From positions 2,159-66,158 of the forward strand of contig CAKOIN010000006.1 in the NCBI GenBank assembly GCA_934086955.1: a DNA stretch of 64,000 nt, in the 5' to 3' direction. This DNA comes from an uncultured Bacilli bacterium (GTDB lineage: Bacteria; Bacillota_I; Bacilli_A; RF39; UBA660). Under the pieces are notes generated by a model. The model did not search any database. It saw nothing but the letters and a program-made list of their open reading frames with translations, and was not told where the DNA came from. Below are positions 1 through 10,302 of the stretch, piece by piece (position 1 is the stretch's first letter; every line of letters begins with the position of its first letter). The position numbers and the translations under genes were made by a program.

Positions 1-5
1 GAAGC

Positions 6-638
6 TTATTTCAAATCACTAACAGACATAGTATATAAGTTTTCTGGATCTATTGCATTATCCTTATAATATACTTCAAAATGCAATAATGATTTTACAG
101 ATGTATCTGGTTTATAAGAAGTTGTTGTTCCAAATATTTCACCTTGATTAATTTTATATCCAACATTAACAATAACATCTTTAACATTAGAATAAACAGA
201 TTTCAAATTATCATTATGTTTAATAGTAACAATCTTACCATAAATTGCATTATCCTCAATGCTAATAACTTCACCATCTAGTATAGAAACAACTTCAAAA
301 TCTTCATCATAAGTATAATCAACACCATTGTTTTGCATATAAGTGTTCTCATAATATATTAATGAATTAACTTGTTTTTTGGAATCGCTTTCGAAATCAT
401 AGAAATATTTCCATACCTTAACTTTATCATTAGTATATGGCTTAACTATACTATTACTTTCTGTTTTAGAAACAGGCACAGTATCTTTTACAAATACTTT
501 ATCAAGAGTATAGTTATAATTATTTTTTTCATTTAAGAAATTTTTAACTCCAGAAACAACTAGTATAGAACTAACAATCATTACTGCAATTACACCAACA
601 TATATAGATGGCACTATTATTTTTGAATATTTATTCAT
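6..638 (-). CDS. Membrane-anchored M23/LytM-domain peptidase, SpoIIQ-like
   Basis: N-terminal TM segment. C-terminal LytM/M23 signature (GYKINQGEIFG...LHFEV). It lies directly downstream of spoIID, as SpoIIQ does in Clostridioides. Confidence 0.55.
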   Translation of the reverse strand: MNKYSKIIVPSIYVGVIAVMIVSSILVVSGVKNFLNEKNNYNYTLDKVFVKDTVPVSKTESNSIVKPYTNDKVKVWKYFYDFESDSKKQVNSLIYYENTYMQNNGVDYTYDEDFEVVSILDGEVISIEDNAIYGKIVTIKHNDNLKSVYSNVKDVIVNVGYKINQGEIFGTTTSYKPDTSVKSLLHFEVYYKDNAIDPENLYTMSVSDLK

Positions 639-672
639 ATTTCACTCTCCTAATAATAGAGTGAACATTTTT

Positions 673-1602
673 TTATAATTTATTCGTGATTTTTATTCCA
701 GTATAGTAATGTTTTAATATTTCATCATAACTATACCCATCATGTGCCATATAGTTTGCACCATATTGACTCATACCAACACCATGTCCATAACCAACAG
801 TATGAATATAAACAAAATCTTTATCATAAGTAATACTAAAATCAGTAGACCTAAGACCAAGTAAACCTCTAAATTTAGTACCCTTATAATTATTATTATT
901 TATTTTAATATTATTAACTCTATTCGTAGGACTCCTATCAATTTTAATATTACTTATTTTATCATCTTTAAGACTTAATTTTTTTAAAAAGTCAGACACT
1001 TTAATTTTAATATCTTTTTCATTATTATTAGATTTCTTATCCCAAGAAGAATCAACAGAAACTAAATAATCTAATTTTTGACTAAAAACATTTTCTACAT
1101 TTTCAGTTTTACCATTAGAAATAGAAAAATAAAATGCAATAATTACTTTATCATTATATGTCATATACTCACCTTTAGTATCATTTACTGCATTACTTAT
1201 CTTAGTATAATATTTATTATAATTACTTTTCCACTTTGATTTCATTTTATCATTATCAATATAACATTGATCACTAATAGTAGTTTTTACACTTTTACCT
1301 TTAGAAATTTTATATAATGCAAATGTTCTAGCTGCAACAGACATAGCTTTTAATGCTTCACTATTAAAAGAAGCTGGCATTTCACAAGCAACTACCCCTT
1401 TTACATACTCTTCCAAATCTAAATTAACAGTTTTATCATCAATTATTGCATTAACAGTAATAGTACTTTCTTTTTCATCTTCTTCTAAATAATTATTTAA
1501 AACTATATTACTATCTTCATCAACAATAAATTCTTTTTTATTACTATAACTCAACATTAAAAATAAAAACACAATAAAAAATACTATGAATTTTCTCTTC
1601 AT
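673..1602 (-). CDS. spoIID: Stage II sporulation protein D (SpoIID/LytB-domain lytic transglycosylase)
   Basis: Signal/TM N-terminus. Conserved SpoIID core EEYVKGVVACEMPASF..EALKAMSVAARTFAL. Confidence 0.7.
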   Translation of the reverse strand: MKRKFIVFFIVFLFLMLSYSNKKEFIVDEDSNIVLNNYLEEDEKESTITVNAIIDDKTVNLDLEEYVKGVVACEMPASFNSEALKAMSVAARTFALYKISKGKSVKTTISDQCYIDNDKMKSKWKSNYNKYYTKISNAVNDTKGEYMTYNDKVIIAFYFSISNGKTENVENVFSQKLDYLVSVDSSWDKKSNNNEKDIKIKVSDFLKKLSLKDDKISNIKIDRSPTNRVNNIKINNNNYKGTKFRGLLGLRSTDFSITYDKDFVYIHTVGYGHGVGMSQYGANYMAHDGYSYDEILKHYYTGIKITNKL

Positions 1603-1619
1603 AGTATATTATATGATTA

Positions 1620-2027
1620 CTATTTATTTAATATTCTATTTTTTTCATTTTCAAACTCTTCTTTAGTAAGAACTTTTTCATCATATAATCTCTTTAATTT
1701 TTCAAGTTCTTCATACTTATCATCAGTATTCACACTTTTAGTGGTATTAGTAGTACTTTTACCTCTATTCTTATCAAGAGTATCAATATAAAATATTAAT
1801 AATAAAATACCGCTTAATTGATTAAATAATAAGAATACAATAGTCCATACAAGAATAGAATCTTTAGCATCAATAACTTGTTCATCTGTACAATCTGCAT
1901 AAGATTTAATCTTATTACCACCTATAATAAGTGGTATACCTACTATAGCACCTACTATTGTAATACAATATAAAATACCAACAACAATAGCTATAATACC
2001 TGATATTTTTAATAAAGTCTTATCCAT
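1620..2027 (-). CDS. Small membrane protein with C-terminal SHOCT-like motif
   Basis: Two to three TM helices. C-terminal KYEELEKLKRLYDEKVLTKEEFENEK resembles a SHOCT domain. Confidence 0.4.
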   Translation of the reverse strand: MDKTLLKISGIIAIVVGILYCITIVGAIVGIPLIIGGNKIKSYADCTDEQVIDAKDSILVWTIVFLLFNQLSGILLLIFYIDTLDKNRGKSTTNTTKSVNTDDKYEELEKLKRLYDEKVLTKEEFENEKNRILNK

Positions 2028-2463
2028 TTTTACTCCTTTCTATATTCATTACTTTATTTACTCTTCTGATGTGTCTTTCATCAGTTGATTCTTTAGTATT
2101 AATAAAAGCATCAATAATTTCTTCAATATTTTCTGTATATTCAGCTAATGCTATAACATTAGCCATATTATGTTCTCTTGCTAGTTGAGTTTCTTTAGCA
2201 TTAACAACTCTAGCACATCTAATACCATCAATCTTATTAGCCGCAATACTCATACCAATACCTGTACCGCATACTAATATTCCAAGATCAACTTCTTTTC
2301 TTACAACTGCATTTCCAAGCTTAACTGCATAATCAACATAATCACAACTAACTTCTTCATCAGTTCCATAATCTACACACAAAACTCCTTTATCATGTAG
2401 ATAATTCATAATATTTTTTTTAAGATTTACACCTCTATGATCATTAGCTATTCCAATTTTCAT
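2020..2463 (-). CDS. rpiB: Ribose-5-phosphate isomerase B (RpiB/LacAB family)
   Basis: Conserved MKIGIANDHRG N-terminus and the VCGTGIGMSIAANK motif of the RpiB family. Confidence 0.8.
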   Translation of the reverse strand: MKIGIANDHRGVNLKKNIMNYLHDKGVLCVDYGTDEEVSCDYVDYAVKLGNAVVRKEVDLGILVCGTGIGMSIAANKIDGIRCARVVNAKETQLAREHNMANVIALAEYTENIEEIIDAFINTKESTDERHIRRVNKVMNIERSKNG

Positions 2464-2466
2464 AAA

Positions 2467-3198
2467 CTATTCATCCTTCTTTACAGTCTTTTTTACATTA
2501 GATTTCTTTGTTTTTTCACCACTAACTTTAGCTTCTTTAACATTAGCTTTTTTAGGTTCAACAGTTTCTTCTTTTTCTTCACTTACTTCTTTTTGATCAC
2601 TAACAACAACAGTATTCATAAGTAAATCATGAAGACCACAAGCATCAGGTCTAAACATTATAAATCCAAGAGATCCATAAACTATTAACATATCAATAAG
2701 TTCAACAATTCTATTAGCTTGTAAATACATTGATTGACTCATTGTACTTATAAATATTACAAGAATAATAGATGCGATAATTTCATTAATCAATAAACTT
2801 CTAACAAGTATTTGTACAAAACTTGCTCTTTTACCATTTTTAGATTTAACTCTAATTTTCATTAACCTTTTACCTATTGTTTGACCCTTATTAAGATATT
2901 GAAAAACAACAAAATATCCAAAAGTAATAACAATATTTAAAATAGAATTAGGAATTTGTAATTTAGCTAATCTATAACTAAAATTCTTATATTCATCCCC
3001 ACTCATTATATTTTTTAATCCATCACTTGTTGTACTATTCTTTTCAACATAAGTTGTAAATTCATCATAAACCTTATCATATTCTTCCGCATTAGGATTT
3101 AATAATTCTATTTTAGAAAATAACATGAATATAAATGCAACAACAGCTATATCAATAATATATGCACATACTCTTTTAAACACTGGCTTTTCCATCAT
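2467..3198 (-). CDS. RDD-family membrane protein with lysine-rich tail
   Basis: Three TM topology with an R..D..D-like central motif. Family assignment is tentative. Confidence 0.4.
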   Translation of the reverse strand: MMEKPVFKRVCAYIIDIAVVAFIFMLFSKIELLNPNAEEYDKVYDEFTTYVEKNSTTSDGLKNIMSGDEYKNFSYRLAKLQIPNSILNIVITFGYFVVFQYLNKGQTIGKRLMKIRVKSKNGKRASFVQILVRSLLINEIIASIILVIFISTMSQSMYLQANRIVELIDMLIVYGSLGFIMFRPDACGLHDLLMNTVVVSDQKEVSEEKEETVEPKKANVKEAKVSGEKTKKSNVKKTVKKDE

Positions 3199-4648
3199 CT
3201 GCCTCCTTTACTTTCTTAGGTTTCTTATATAAGAATGATAAAAGACCACTCTTCTTCTTAATCAACCCATCTATATTATATTTTGAATTAATATTTTTGT
3301 AAATAGTATTGGCAAGATCATAAACAGTTCCTTCATTTAAAGTATAAGCCGTTTTTATTAAATAGTAATCATCAATAACAAGAGGAACTCTAACAGAAAA
3401 ATTAACTTTTCCAACTTCATGTTTTGAATTATACATTTCCTTCTCGATACCATATAAAGATGATATAAATAATGTAATCTTATTTTCAGAAACTAATTTA
3501 TCAAGTTCACCTATAATAACATCTATCTTTTTAAGTCTTTCAGCAATATCATCAACTAGTTTACAAGTATCAATCTCATAATTAATAATTATTAAATTTT
3601 CATTTGATGAATTTACTATTTGTAATAACTGAGAAGGCTCATAAATAAAACCACTATCAGAAGCCATATATCTTATACTTTCATCCACATTATTTCTAAG
3701 TCCAGTTAAATAATAATTTATATATGGACATTTTTCTTTTAAATCAATTACCAAACATTTAGCTTCAATAGCTTTAAGTGCACCAGCTGCATATGTTGAT
3801 GAAATAGCATAATTATACATAAATGGTACTTGTACATTACATTTAACTGGGAATAATGAATAATAACTCAATTTAGTTGTATCAATAGTTCTATATTTTT
3901 GACTACCAAGTTCAGTCATAAATAAATTGATGTCTATATTATTATAATTAAAGAATAATATTTGATCACCCTCATTAATAGCAAAACCATTATTAACAGA
4001 AAAAGTTCTTGTATGATTAGGTATTGTCTTAGTTTGAGTAAGAACCTCAACCTTTTTAGTTAAATCCTTCCACTTTTCACCAGCTTCAGTAACAAATGTT
4101 TTAATCATATCTCTAAAGCAAAGAATATTAGTTATATAATTTTCTCCAGTAACCATACCAACTTTAATAGTATTACCAAGTTCATAATTAAGTAATGTAA
4201 GACTTCTCTCAACACTCTTATAAACAGATAATGACTTTTGACATAATATTAAATGTACATAAATCATATGATTAGTATTTAAAGCAATCTCTTTTAAAAA
4301 CATTGATAATTGTGAAATAGTTCTATCATTTTCCCAATAACAAAACACATGTAATCTATTTTCATTCTCATTAGTTTTAGTTTCAATATACTTTAATAAT
4401 TGATTATTTTTATAAACATTATTAGAAAAATTATTTTCAATTATACTATATGTTAATGCTTCATTAATACCTATACTAAATTTTCTATAACCATCTTTAT
4501 AATCTAAATCTTTACTAGCAAGAGAAACAAATAATTTTTCCTTAGTAAGTCTATCCATATTTGGCATTAATGCTTCAGAATATACATTAACTGAATCAGG
4601 TTGTTCAACACCAAATCCATTAATTAGTAATAATATGTTCTTCTTCAT
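3176..4648 (-). CDS. Cofactor-independent phosphoglycerate mutase-like protein, apparently catalytically degenerate
   Basis: Colinear with iPGM: LLLINGFG resembles LILDGWG, ALMPNMDRL resembles A.TPNLDRL, and the C-terminal region resembles the ADHGN region. The Ser/His/Asp metal and catalytic positions appear substituted. Confidence 0.35.
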   Translation of the reverse strand: MKKNILLLINGFGVEQPDSVNVYSEALMPNMDRLTKEKLFVSLASKDLDYKDGYRKFSIGINEALTYSIIENNFSNNVYKNNQLLKYIETKTNENENRLHVFCYWENDRTISQLSMFLKEIALNTNHMIYVHLILCQKSLSVYKSVERSLTLLNYELGNTIKVGMVTGENYITNILCFRDMIKTFVTEAGEKWKDLTKKVEVLTQTKTIPNHTRTFSVNNGFAINEGDQILFFNYNNIDINLFMTELGSQKYRTIDTTKLSYYSLFPVKCNVQVPFMYNYAISSTYAAGALKAIEAKCLVIDLKEKCPYINYYLTGLRNNVDESIRYMASDSGFIYEPSQLLQIVNSSNENLIIINYEIDTCKLVDDIAERLKKIDVIIGELDKLVSENKITLFISSLYGIEKEMYNSKHEVGKVNFSVRVPLVIDDYYLIKTAYTLNEGTVYDLANTIYKNINSKYNIDGLIKKKSGLLSFLYKKPKKVKEADDGKASV

Positions 4649-4689
4649 AAATTTCTCCTATCTAATAATATATTATAACACACTGTACA

Positions 4690-7332
4690 CTATTTCTTTT
4701 TTCTTTTTATATATTTATACACTTCCATTACAAAAAGTACAGGTAAAGCCATTATAAATAATGTTAACAAATGTAATGGTGGAACATCATATGTTTGTAA
4801 GAAATTAGAAAGTATAGGAACTTCCATAACTAACATTTGCAACAAAATAGTTCCAACAATAACAATTAATATGAGTGGATTAGTTTTAAAACTGTTATGA
4901 AATACACTCTTACTTTCACTTCTACAATTAAGAACATGTATATTTTGCATGAATACCATTAAAGCAAGAACATAACCACGAGCATGAGCAATCTCAAATC
5001 TTAAAACATCAACTAATAGCCACCATACACCAAATACAATTATTCCGATAAATAAACCAGACAATAATATTTGAATAAGCATTTCTTTTTCAAATAAACT
5101 TTCAGTAGTACTTCTTGGTTTTTCTTTCATAATAGTGTCAGTTTCTCTTTCAAAAGATAAAGCAATATCTTGAAGTCCATCTGTAACCAAATTTAACCAT
5201 AAAAGTTGTATCGCAACTAAAGGAATTGGTAAATTAAATGCAATAGATAATACAAAGAATAATACTTCCGCAAAACCACAAGATAAAAGCATTATAGATA
5301 CTTTTCTAATATTAGAATAAGCATTTCTTCCTTCTTCAATACCAGCTACTATTGATGAAAAATTATCATCAATAATAATCATCTTAGCAGTTTCTTTTGC
5401 AACATCAGTACCACTTCCCATTGCAACACCAATATTAGCAATCTTAATCGCAGGTGCATCATTTACACCATCACCGGTAACCGCAACAAATTCACCTTGT
5501 CTTTGTAAAGATTCAACTATTTTTAATTTTTGAATAGGTGTCACTCTTGCAAAAACAGTTTTATCTTTAACAAAATTATCAAATTTTTCATTATCATCAA
5601 TATAAAAATCTAAATCACTACCAGTACATACTTCATCTTTATTACTTGCAATTTTAAGTTCTTTAGCAATTGCATAAGCAGTAAGAGCATGATCCCCAGT
5701 AATCATAAGAACTTTAATACCTGCATTATGACACTCTGTAACAGAAGCAGCAGCTTCCTTTCTAACTGGATCTATAAATCCAACTAAACCAATAAAATTT
5801 AATTTATTTAAATCTCTTTCATCATACTTTTCTTTTTCTTTTATTTCTTTAGAACATAAAGCAATAACTCTATATCCTTGTGATGCTAATTCATCATTTT
5901 GTTTAAGAATTTTTTCTTTATCAATTTTTTTCTTAACTCCATCAATATAACTATATGAACAAAAATTCAGTATCACTTCAACTGATCCTTTTGCTGTACA
6001 ATACATCTTATCGTCCATTTTAAAGAATACAGCACTATATTTTTTTAAAGATTCATATGGAATAACATCTATTTTTTTAAATTCAGTTTCATTAGTTTTT
6101 AGTTTTCTTGATAAAGCTAAAAATGCAATATCAATAGAATCACCAAACTTTTCCCATTTACCTTTTGATTTTTCAAGCATTGCTTCATTATTAACAAGCC
6201 CTAATATTGATAAATATTTAGCATTTTTAAGTTCAGAACCAGGTTCAGGTATAACTTTACCTACATCATTATATCCATTACCATCTATATTAAATAATTC
6301 CCCATTTGGAAGCATTATTTTTTTAGCAGTTTGTTCATTTACAGTAAGTGTACCAGTTTTATCACTCGCTATAACAGTACAACTTCCTAAACTTTCAACT
6401 GAATTAAGTTTTTTAACAATAACATTCCTTTTACTCATTTTATTAGAAGCTATTGTAAGAGCAAGTGTTAATGATAAAGGTAAACCTTCTGGCATTGCAG
6501 AAACACCAAGAGCTACAACAGATAAAAATATTTCGATTGGTTCATATTGTTTATATATAAGTACAATTGCTATTATTATAGATATAACAACAATCATCAT
6601 AGTAATTTGTTTTGAAAACTTTTCCATTCTAATAGTTAATGGTGATTTACTTTCAGTAGTAGTCGTAACCTTTTCAGCTATCTTACCGACCTCAGTATCA
6701 AGAGCTGTACCACACACAATAGCGAGAGCTCTACCAGTTAAAACAGAAGTGCCAGCATATAACATATTCTTTTTAGAAATATCACCTAAACTTGCTTCAC
6801 CTTCTTCTTTAACTACAGCTATACTTTCACCAGTAAGTATTGATTCATCAACAGTTAAATTATTAGAACTTATTATTCTAGCATCAGCAGATATTTTAGT
6901 GCCAGATTCAAGAACAATAACATCTCCTGGAACAAGAAGCGAAGAATCTATTTCAACATATTCATTATCTCTTATAACTTTAGCTTTAACTTTAATTAAA
7001 TTTTTAAGAGCTTCAGCATTCTTAGTAGCTCTATATTCTTGAATTGTAGACATTACAGCATCAATTAAAATAATAAATATAATAGCCACTGCATCAAGAG
7101 GTTCACCTGCAATAAAAGATAGTATTACTGCTACAATCATAACATAAATAATCGGATCCATAAAAGATTCAATAAACACTTTAAAAATACTTTTCTTCTT
7201 TTCCTTTGGAAGTTCATTATAACCATATTCTTTTAATCTTTTGTTAGCTTCTTTATTAGATAAACCATTTAAAGAAGAATTAAGTTTCTTAATAACCTTC
7301 TTAATATCAATATATTCAAAATCCCTTTTCAC
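4690..7332 (-). CDS. P-type Ca2+-transporting ATPase (P2 type)
   Basis: DKTGTLT phosphorylation motif, TGDGVNDAPA hinge, ten TM segments and a cation-ATPase N-terminus. Confidence 0.8.
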   Translation of the reverse strand: MKRDFEYIDIKKVIKKLNSSLNGLSNKEANKRLKEYGYNELPKEKKKSIFKVFIESFMDPIIYVMIVAVILSFIAGEPLDAVAIIFIILIDAVMSTIQEYRATKNAEALKNLIKVKAKVIRDNEYVEIDSSLLVPGDVIVLESGTKISADARIISSNNLTVDESILTGESIAVVKEEGEASLGDISKKNMLYAGTSVLTGRALAIVCGTALDTEVGKIAEKVTTTTESKSPLTIRMEKFSKQITMMIVVISIIIAIVLIYKQYEPIEIFLSVVALGVSAMPEGLPLSLTLALTIASNKMSKRNVIVKKLNSVESLGSCTVIASDKTGTLTVNEQTAKKIMLPNGELFNIDGNGYNDVGKVIPEPGSELKNAKYLSILGLVNNEAMLEKSKGKWEKFGDSIDIAFLALSRKLKTNETEFKKIDVIPYESLKKYSAVFFKMDDKMYCTAKGSVEVILNFCSYSYIDGVKKKIDKEKILKQNDELASQGYRVIALCSKEIKEKEKYDERDLNKLNFIGLVGFIDPVRKEAAASVTECHNAGIKVLMITGDHALTAYAIAKELKIASNKDEVCTGSDLDFYIDDNEKFDNFVKDKTVFARVTPIQKLKIVESLQRQGEFVAVTGDGVNDAPAIKIANIGVAMGSGTDVAKETAKMIIIDDNFSSIVAGIEEGRNAYSNIRKVSIMLLSCGFAEVLFFVLSIAFNLPIPLVAIQLLWLNLVTDGLQDIALSFERETDTIMKEKPRSTTESLFEKEMLIQILLSGLFIGIIVFGVWWLLVDVLRFEIAHARGYVLALMVFMQNIHVLNCRSESKSVFHNSFKTNPLILIVIVGTILLQMLVMEVPILSNFLQTYDVPPLHLLTLFIMALPVLFVMEVYKYIKRKKK

Positions 7333-7391
7333 ACCTAATCACCTATTCTATATAATATTATAAAAGATTAAAAATTATTTTTCAATAAAAA

Positions 7392-7413
7392 GGAACTAGT
7401 TATTACTAGTTCC
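7392..7413 (-). terminator. Hairpin GGAACTAGT-TATT-ACTAGTTCC overlapping the htrA stop, T-rich tail on the minus strand
   Basis: Perfect 9-bp stem followed on the minus strand by a T-run. Confidence 0.5.
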
Positions 7414-8472
7414 AACTGTAATCTTAAAAGTTTCTTTTTTATCATTTCTATTAACAACTATATCTATTTTATTACCTGGATTATATTTATACAAATAATA
7501 TCTAAGTTCAGCCACTGTTTTAACATCATAATCACCTATTTTAACAATAACATCACCTTTTTTAAGTCCAGTATTATAACATGGTCCATCATCCATTATA
7601 TCAACTATTACAACTCCACTTGTAATATCAGATTTTAAAGTTATATTAGACTTACTAAAATCATATGCAGAAGAAACATTAACCATTTTAATACCCAAGT
7701 ATGATCTTTTTATCTCTTCTTTATTTACTATTTTATTAGCATATAAAACAGCATCTTCAATAGGTATTGCAAACCCCATTCCTTCAACCTGAGACTGTAC
7801 AAGTTTCATTGAATTAATCCCTATAACATCACCATTTGCATTACATAACGGTCCTCCACTATTTCCTGGATTTATAGCTGCATCTGTTTGCATAACATTC
7901 ATAATCCAATCATTAGAAGAATTAACAGAAACATTAACAAGTCTATTTTTACCACTAAGAATGCCTCTTGTAACAGTTCCATAATATTCACTACTAATTG
8001 GTGAACCAATTGTAAAAACTGTATCACCCACATTAATAGCATCTGAGCTACCAAGAGTCGCTACTTTACTTACATATTTCTTATCAATTTTAATTACAGC
8101 AATATCAGCATATTCATCATCACCAATAACACTTGCATCAACAATATCACCACTCATTAAAATAACTTTAATACTAGTAGCTCCCTCAATAACATGAGAA
8201 TTAGTCATGATATATCCTTCTTCATTATAAACAAATCCAGAACCTATACTGTCTACTTTATTTTTTTTATAATTTTGTACAACCACTACAGAATCATAAA
8301 CATTAGAAATACCAGTTGATAAACCAATTTCGCTAACAACAATCTTTTTATTAACAACATCAGTAGTAGTACTTCCAATATTTATTAAAGTTGGATAATA
8401 ATTAATTAAAATAAACATACATAAACATCCAACAAAAAATGTAGCAATAGATATTAGTATAGTCTTTTTCAT
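7396..8472 (-). CDS. htrA: HtrA/DegP-family serine protease with PDZ domain
   Basis: N-terminal TM, trypsin-like fold with GNSGGPL active-site motif, C-terminal PDZ. Confidence 0.8.
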   Translation of the reverse strand: MKKTILISIATFFVGCLCMFILINYYPTLINIGSTTTDVVNKKIVVSEIGLSTGISNVYDSVVVVQNYKKNKVDSIGSGFVYNEEGYIMTNSHVIEGATSIKVILMSGDIVDASVIGDDEYADIAVIKIDKKYVSKVATLGSSDAINVGDTVFTIGSPISSEYYGTVTRGILSGKNRLVNVSVNSSNDWIMNVMQTDAAINPGNSGGPLCNANGDVIGINSMKLVQSQVEGMGFAIPIEDAVLYANKIVNKEEIKRSYLGIKMVNVSSAYDFSKSNITLKSDITSGVVIVDIMDDGPCYNTGLKKGDVIVKIGDYDVKTVAELRYYLYKYNPGNKIDIVVNRNDKKETFKITVGTSNN

Positions 8473-8480
8473 ATACCCTC

Positions 8481-9410
8481 CTATTCTAAATAAGATATTT
8501 GTCTATAATTATCAGGAAATCCCATTCTATATAAAACTTTATTAATATCAATAACTTTAAGTTTAGATGATAACCAATCTATTTCATATTCAAGCTCATT
8601 CATCATCATCTTAAAATCAGTCGCAGTAAGCATTTCCTTTAATATTATTATTAAAGCAAAAATATCATGTTTACCATAAATATATTCATCTTCTACTCTT
8701 GGTATATCTAATGCACTATGAAATCTAGTATCATTTATACTCTTTTGAGTTTCATGATTATATAAAATATCTTCATGAGCACATAAATTTCTATAATTAG
8801 ATAATATAGATAAATAACTTTCAAAACTATCAGCATCAACATTATAATAAGAAGCTATTTCTTCTCTATCTTCTTCTTTAAGAATTGTAAATAACTCACT
8901 CATAAGTCCAAAACTAAGAACCTTTACTCCTACCCACATAGGAATATAACCATAATTATTAATATAGTGACTAGTAGCTTGATGTTGATATCCGTTTATT
9001 CTAATTTGTCTCTTTAATTTTCTAATCAAATCATTTATTTGTCTTGCCTTGTCTTTACTTCTATTAAAATTATTAACATTTAAATAATCTTTTTCTTTAT
9101 AACCATATTTCTTACTTAAAACATAACTATATATAGATTTATAGTTATTTTCTACTATCAAAATATTCTTAAAAACAATATTTCTAAAATATCTATCAAA
9201 AGTAAACAAAGCATATAATTCTTCAAAAGTAGTTCCATCAATAAATCTTTTAGTACCATTTATTAAAAATGGAGAACGATAACCATTAAGAAAAAAATAA
9301 TTTTCTCTTAAAAGTATTTCGCTAGCTTTATCATAATCATTTATTACCAAACCTTTACTTCTTAATATTTCTAACTGTTCATCAATAGTTTTAAATACCT
9401 TAGCAGCCAT
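8481..9410 (-). CDS. Abi_2 family abortive-infection protein (AbiD/AbiF-like)
   Basis: N-terminus KTIDEQLEILRSKGLVINDYDKASEILLRENYFFLNGYRSPF matches the Abi_2 hallmark (EQ..LL...GL.I.D...A...L....YY.L.GY). Length about 300 aa. Confidence 0.6.
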   Translation of the reverse strand: MAAKVFKTIDEQLEILRSKGLVINDYDKASEILLRENYFFLNGYRSPFLINGTKRFIDGTTFEELYALFTFDRYFRNIVFKNILIVENNYKSIYSYVLSKKYGYKEKDYLNVNNFNRSKDKARQINDLIRKLKRQIRINGYQHQATSHYINNYGYIPMWVGVKVLSFGLMSELFTILKEEDREEIASYYNVDADSFESYLSILSNYRNLCAHEDILYNHETQKSINDTRFHSALDIPRVEDEYIYGKHDIFALIIILKEMLTATDFKMMMNELEYEIDWLSSKLKVIDINKVLYRMGFPDNYRQISYLE

Positions 9411-9484
9411 ACAACACTCTCCTATAATAATTATATTATATCACTAATAAATGTTATTTCAATTAATTAAATAATCACTATACA

Positions 9485-9512
9485 AAAAAATACAATGAAC
9501 TAGTCATTGTAT
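9485..9512 (-). terminator. Hairpin ACAATGA-ACTAG-TCATTGT with poly-T on the minus strand
   Basis: Lies downstream of the GNAT acetyltransferase gene. Flanked by A/T runs on both strands, so it may be bidirectional. Confidence 0.5.
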
Positions 9513-9520
9513 TAAAAAAA

Positions 9521-10129
9521 TTATAACCAAGTATCTTGTTTAACAATTTCTTTATGTGGAAACTTTTTATCAAACATTTCTAATTCTTCATTATTTACAT
9601 TAAAACAATCTGGATCACTATAAACAGCATCACTATTTTTAAATTTATTTTTATCAAATATCTTTATCATAAAAAATGGCGACTCTTCACTTTTATCTAA
9701 ACCTTCATAATAAATATTATACTGAAATGCACTTTCAAAACCATACTTCTTATAATAATTTGGATCACCAGTTATAACTATTTCATTAAATCCAAGATTA
9801 TATGCTTTCTCCATTGTATAATTAATTAGTTTTTCTCCATATCCCATATGTTGATAAATGGGGAGAATACTAACCGGGCCAAATGTTAATATATTCTTTT
9901 CTAAACCATTATTATATTTTAATTTACCCAGTGAATAAACTATATGTCCTATAATTTTATTATCAACAATCAAAACATAATCGAGTTCTTTTATAAATGA
10001 TTTATCATTTCTTAAATTATGTACAACAAAATGTTCAAAACATCCTGATCTATATACATTATAAAAAGCTTCCCTTATTAAATTTTCCACTTCAAAATAA
10101 TCTTTTTTAGTTTCTAATCTTATTTCCAT
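9521..10129 (-). CDS. GNAT-family N-acetyltransferase
   Basis: Acetyl-CoA binding fold motif (HQHMGYGEKLINYTMEKAYNLGF). Confidence 0.6.
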   Translation of the reverse strand: MEIRLETKKDYFEVENLIREAFYNVYRSGCFEHFVVHNLRNDKSFIKELDYVLIVDNKIIGHIVYSLGKLKYNNGLEKNILTFGPVSILPIYQHMGYGEKLINYTMEKAYNLGFNEIVITGDPNYYKKYGFESAFQYNIYYEGLDKSEESPFFMIKIFDKNKFKNSDAVYSDPDCFNVNNEELEMFDKKFPHKEIVKQDTWL

Positions 10130-10302
10130 GTTACCTCCTACTTAATATCAATTAGATAATAAATACGAGTTCCATTTCACCTGTAAAAATTTTAATCAAA
10201 CAATTACCTCCATCATTTTTACAAATAAATTTTAACATATAATTAAAATATATCAAAGAAAAAACTCTATAAAATATATAGAGTTTAAACTTGTAGATTT
10301 TA

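Noticed and set aside
2437-2625. 62-aa plus-strand ORF, Phe/Ser-rich
   Set aside because: Antisense to the rpiB and RDD genes. Low-complexity translation of AT-rich DNA.
6749-7042. 97-aa plus-strand ORF
   Set aside because: Lies entirely inside, and antisense to, the P-type ATPase gene.
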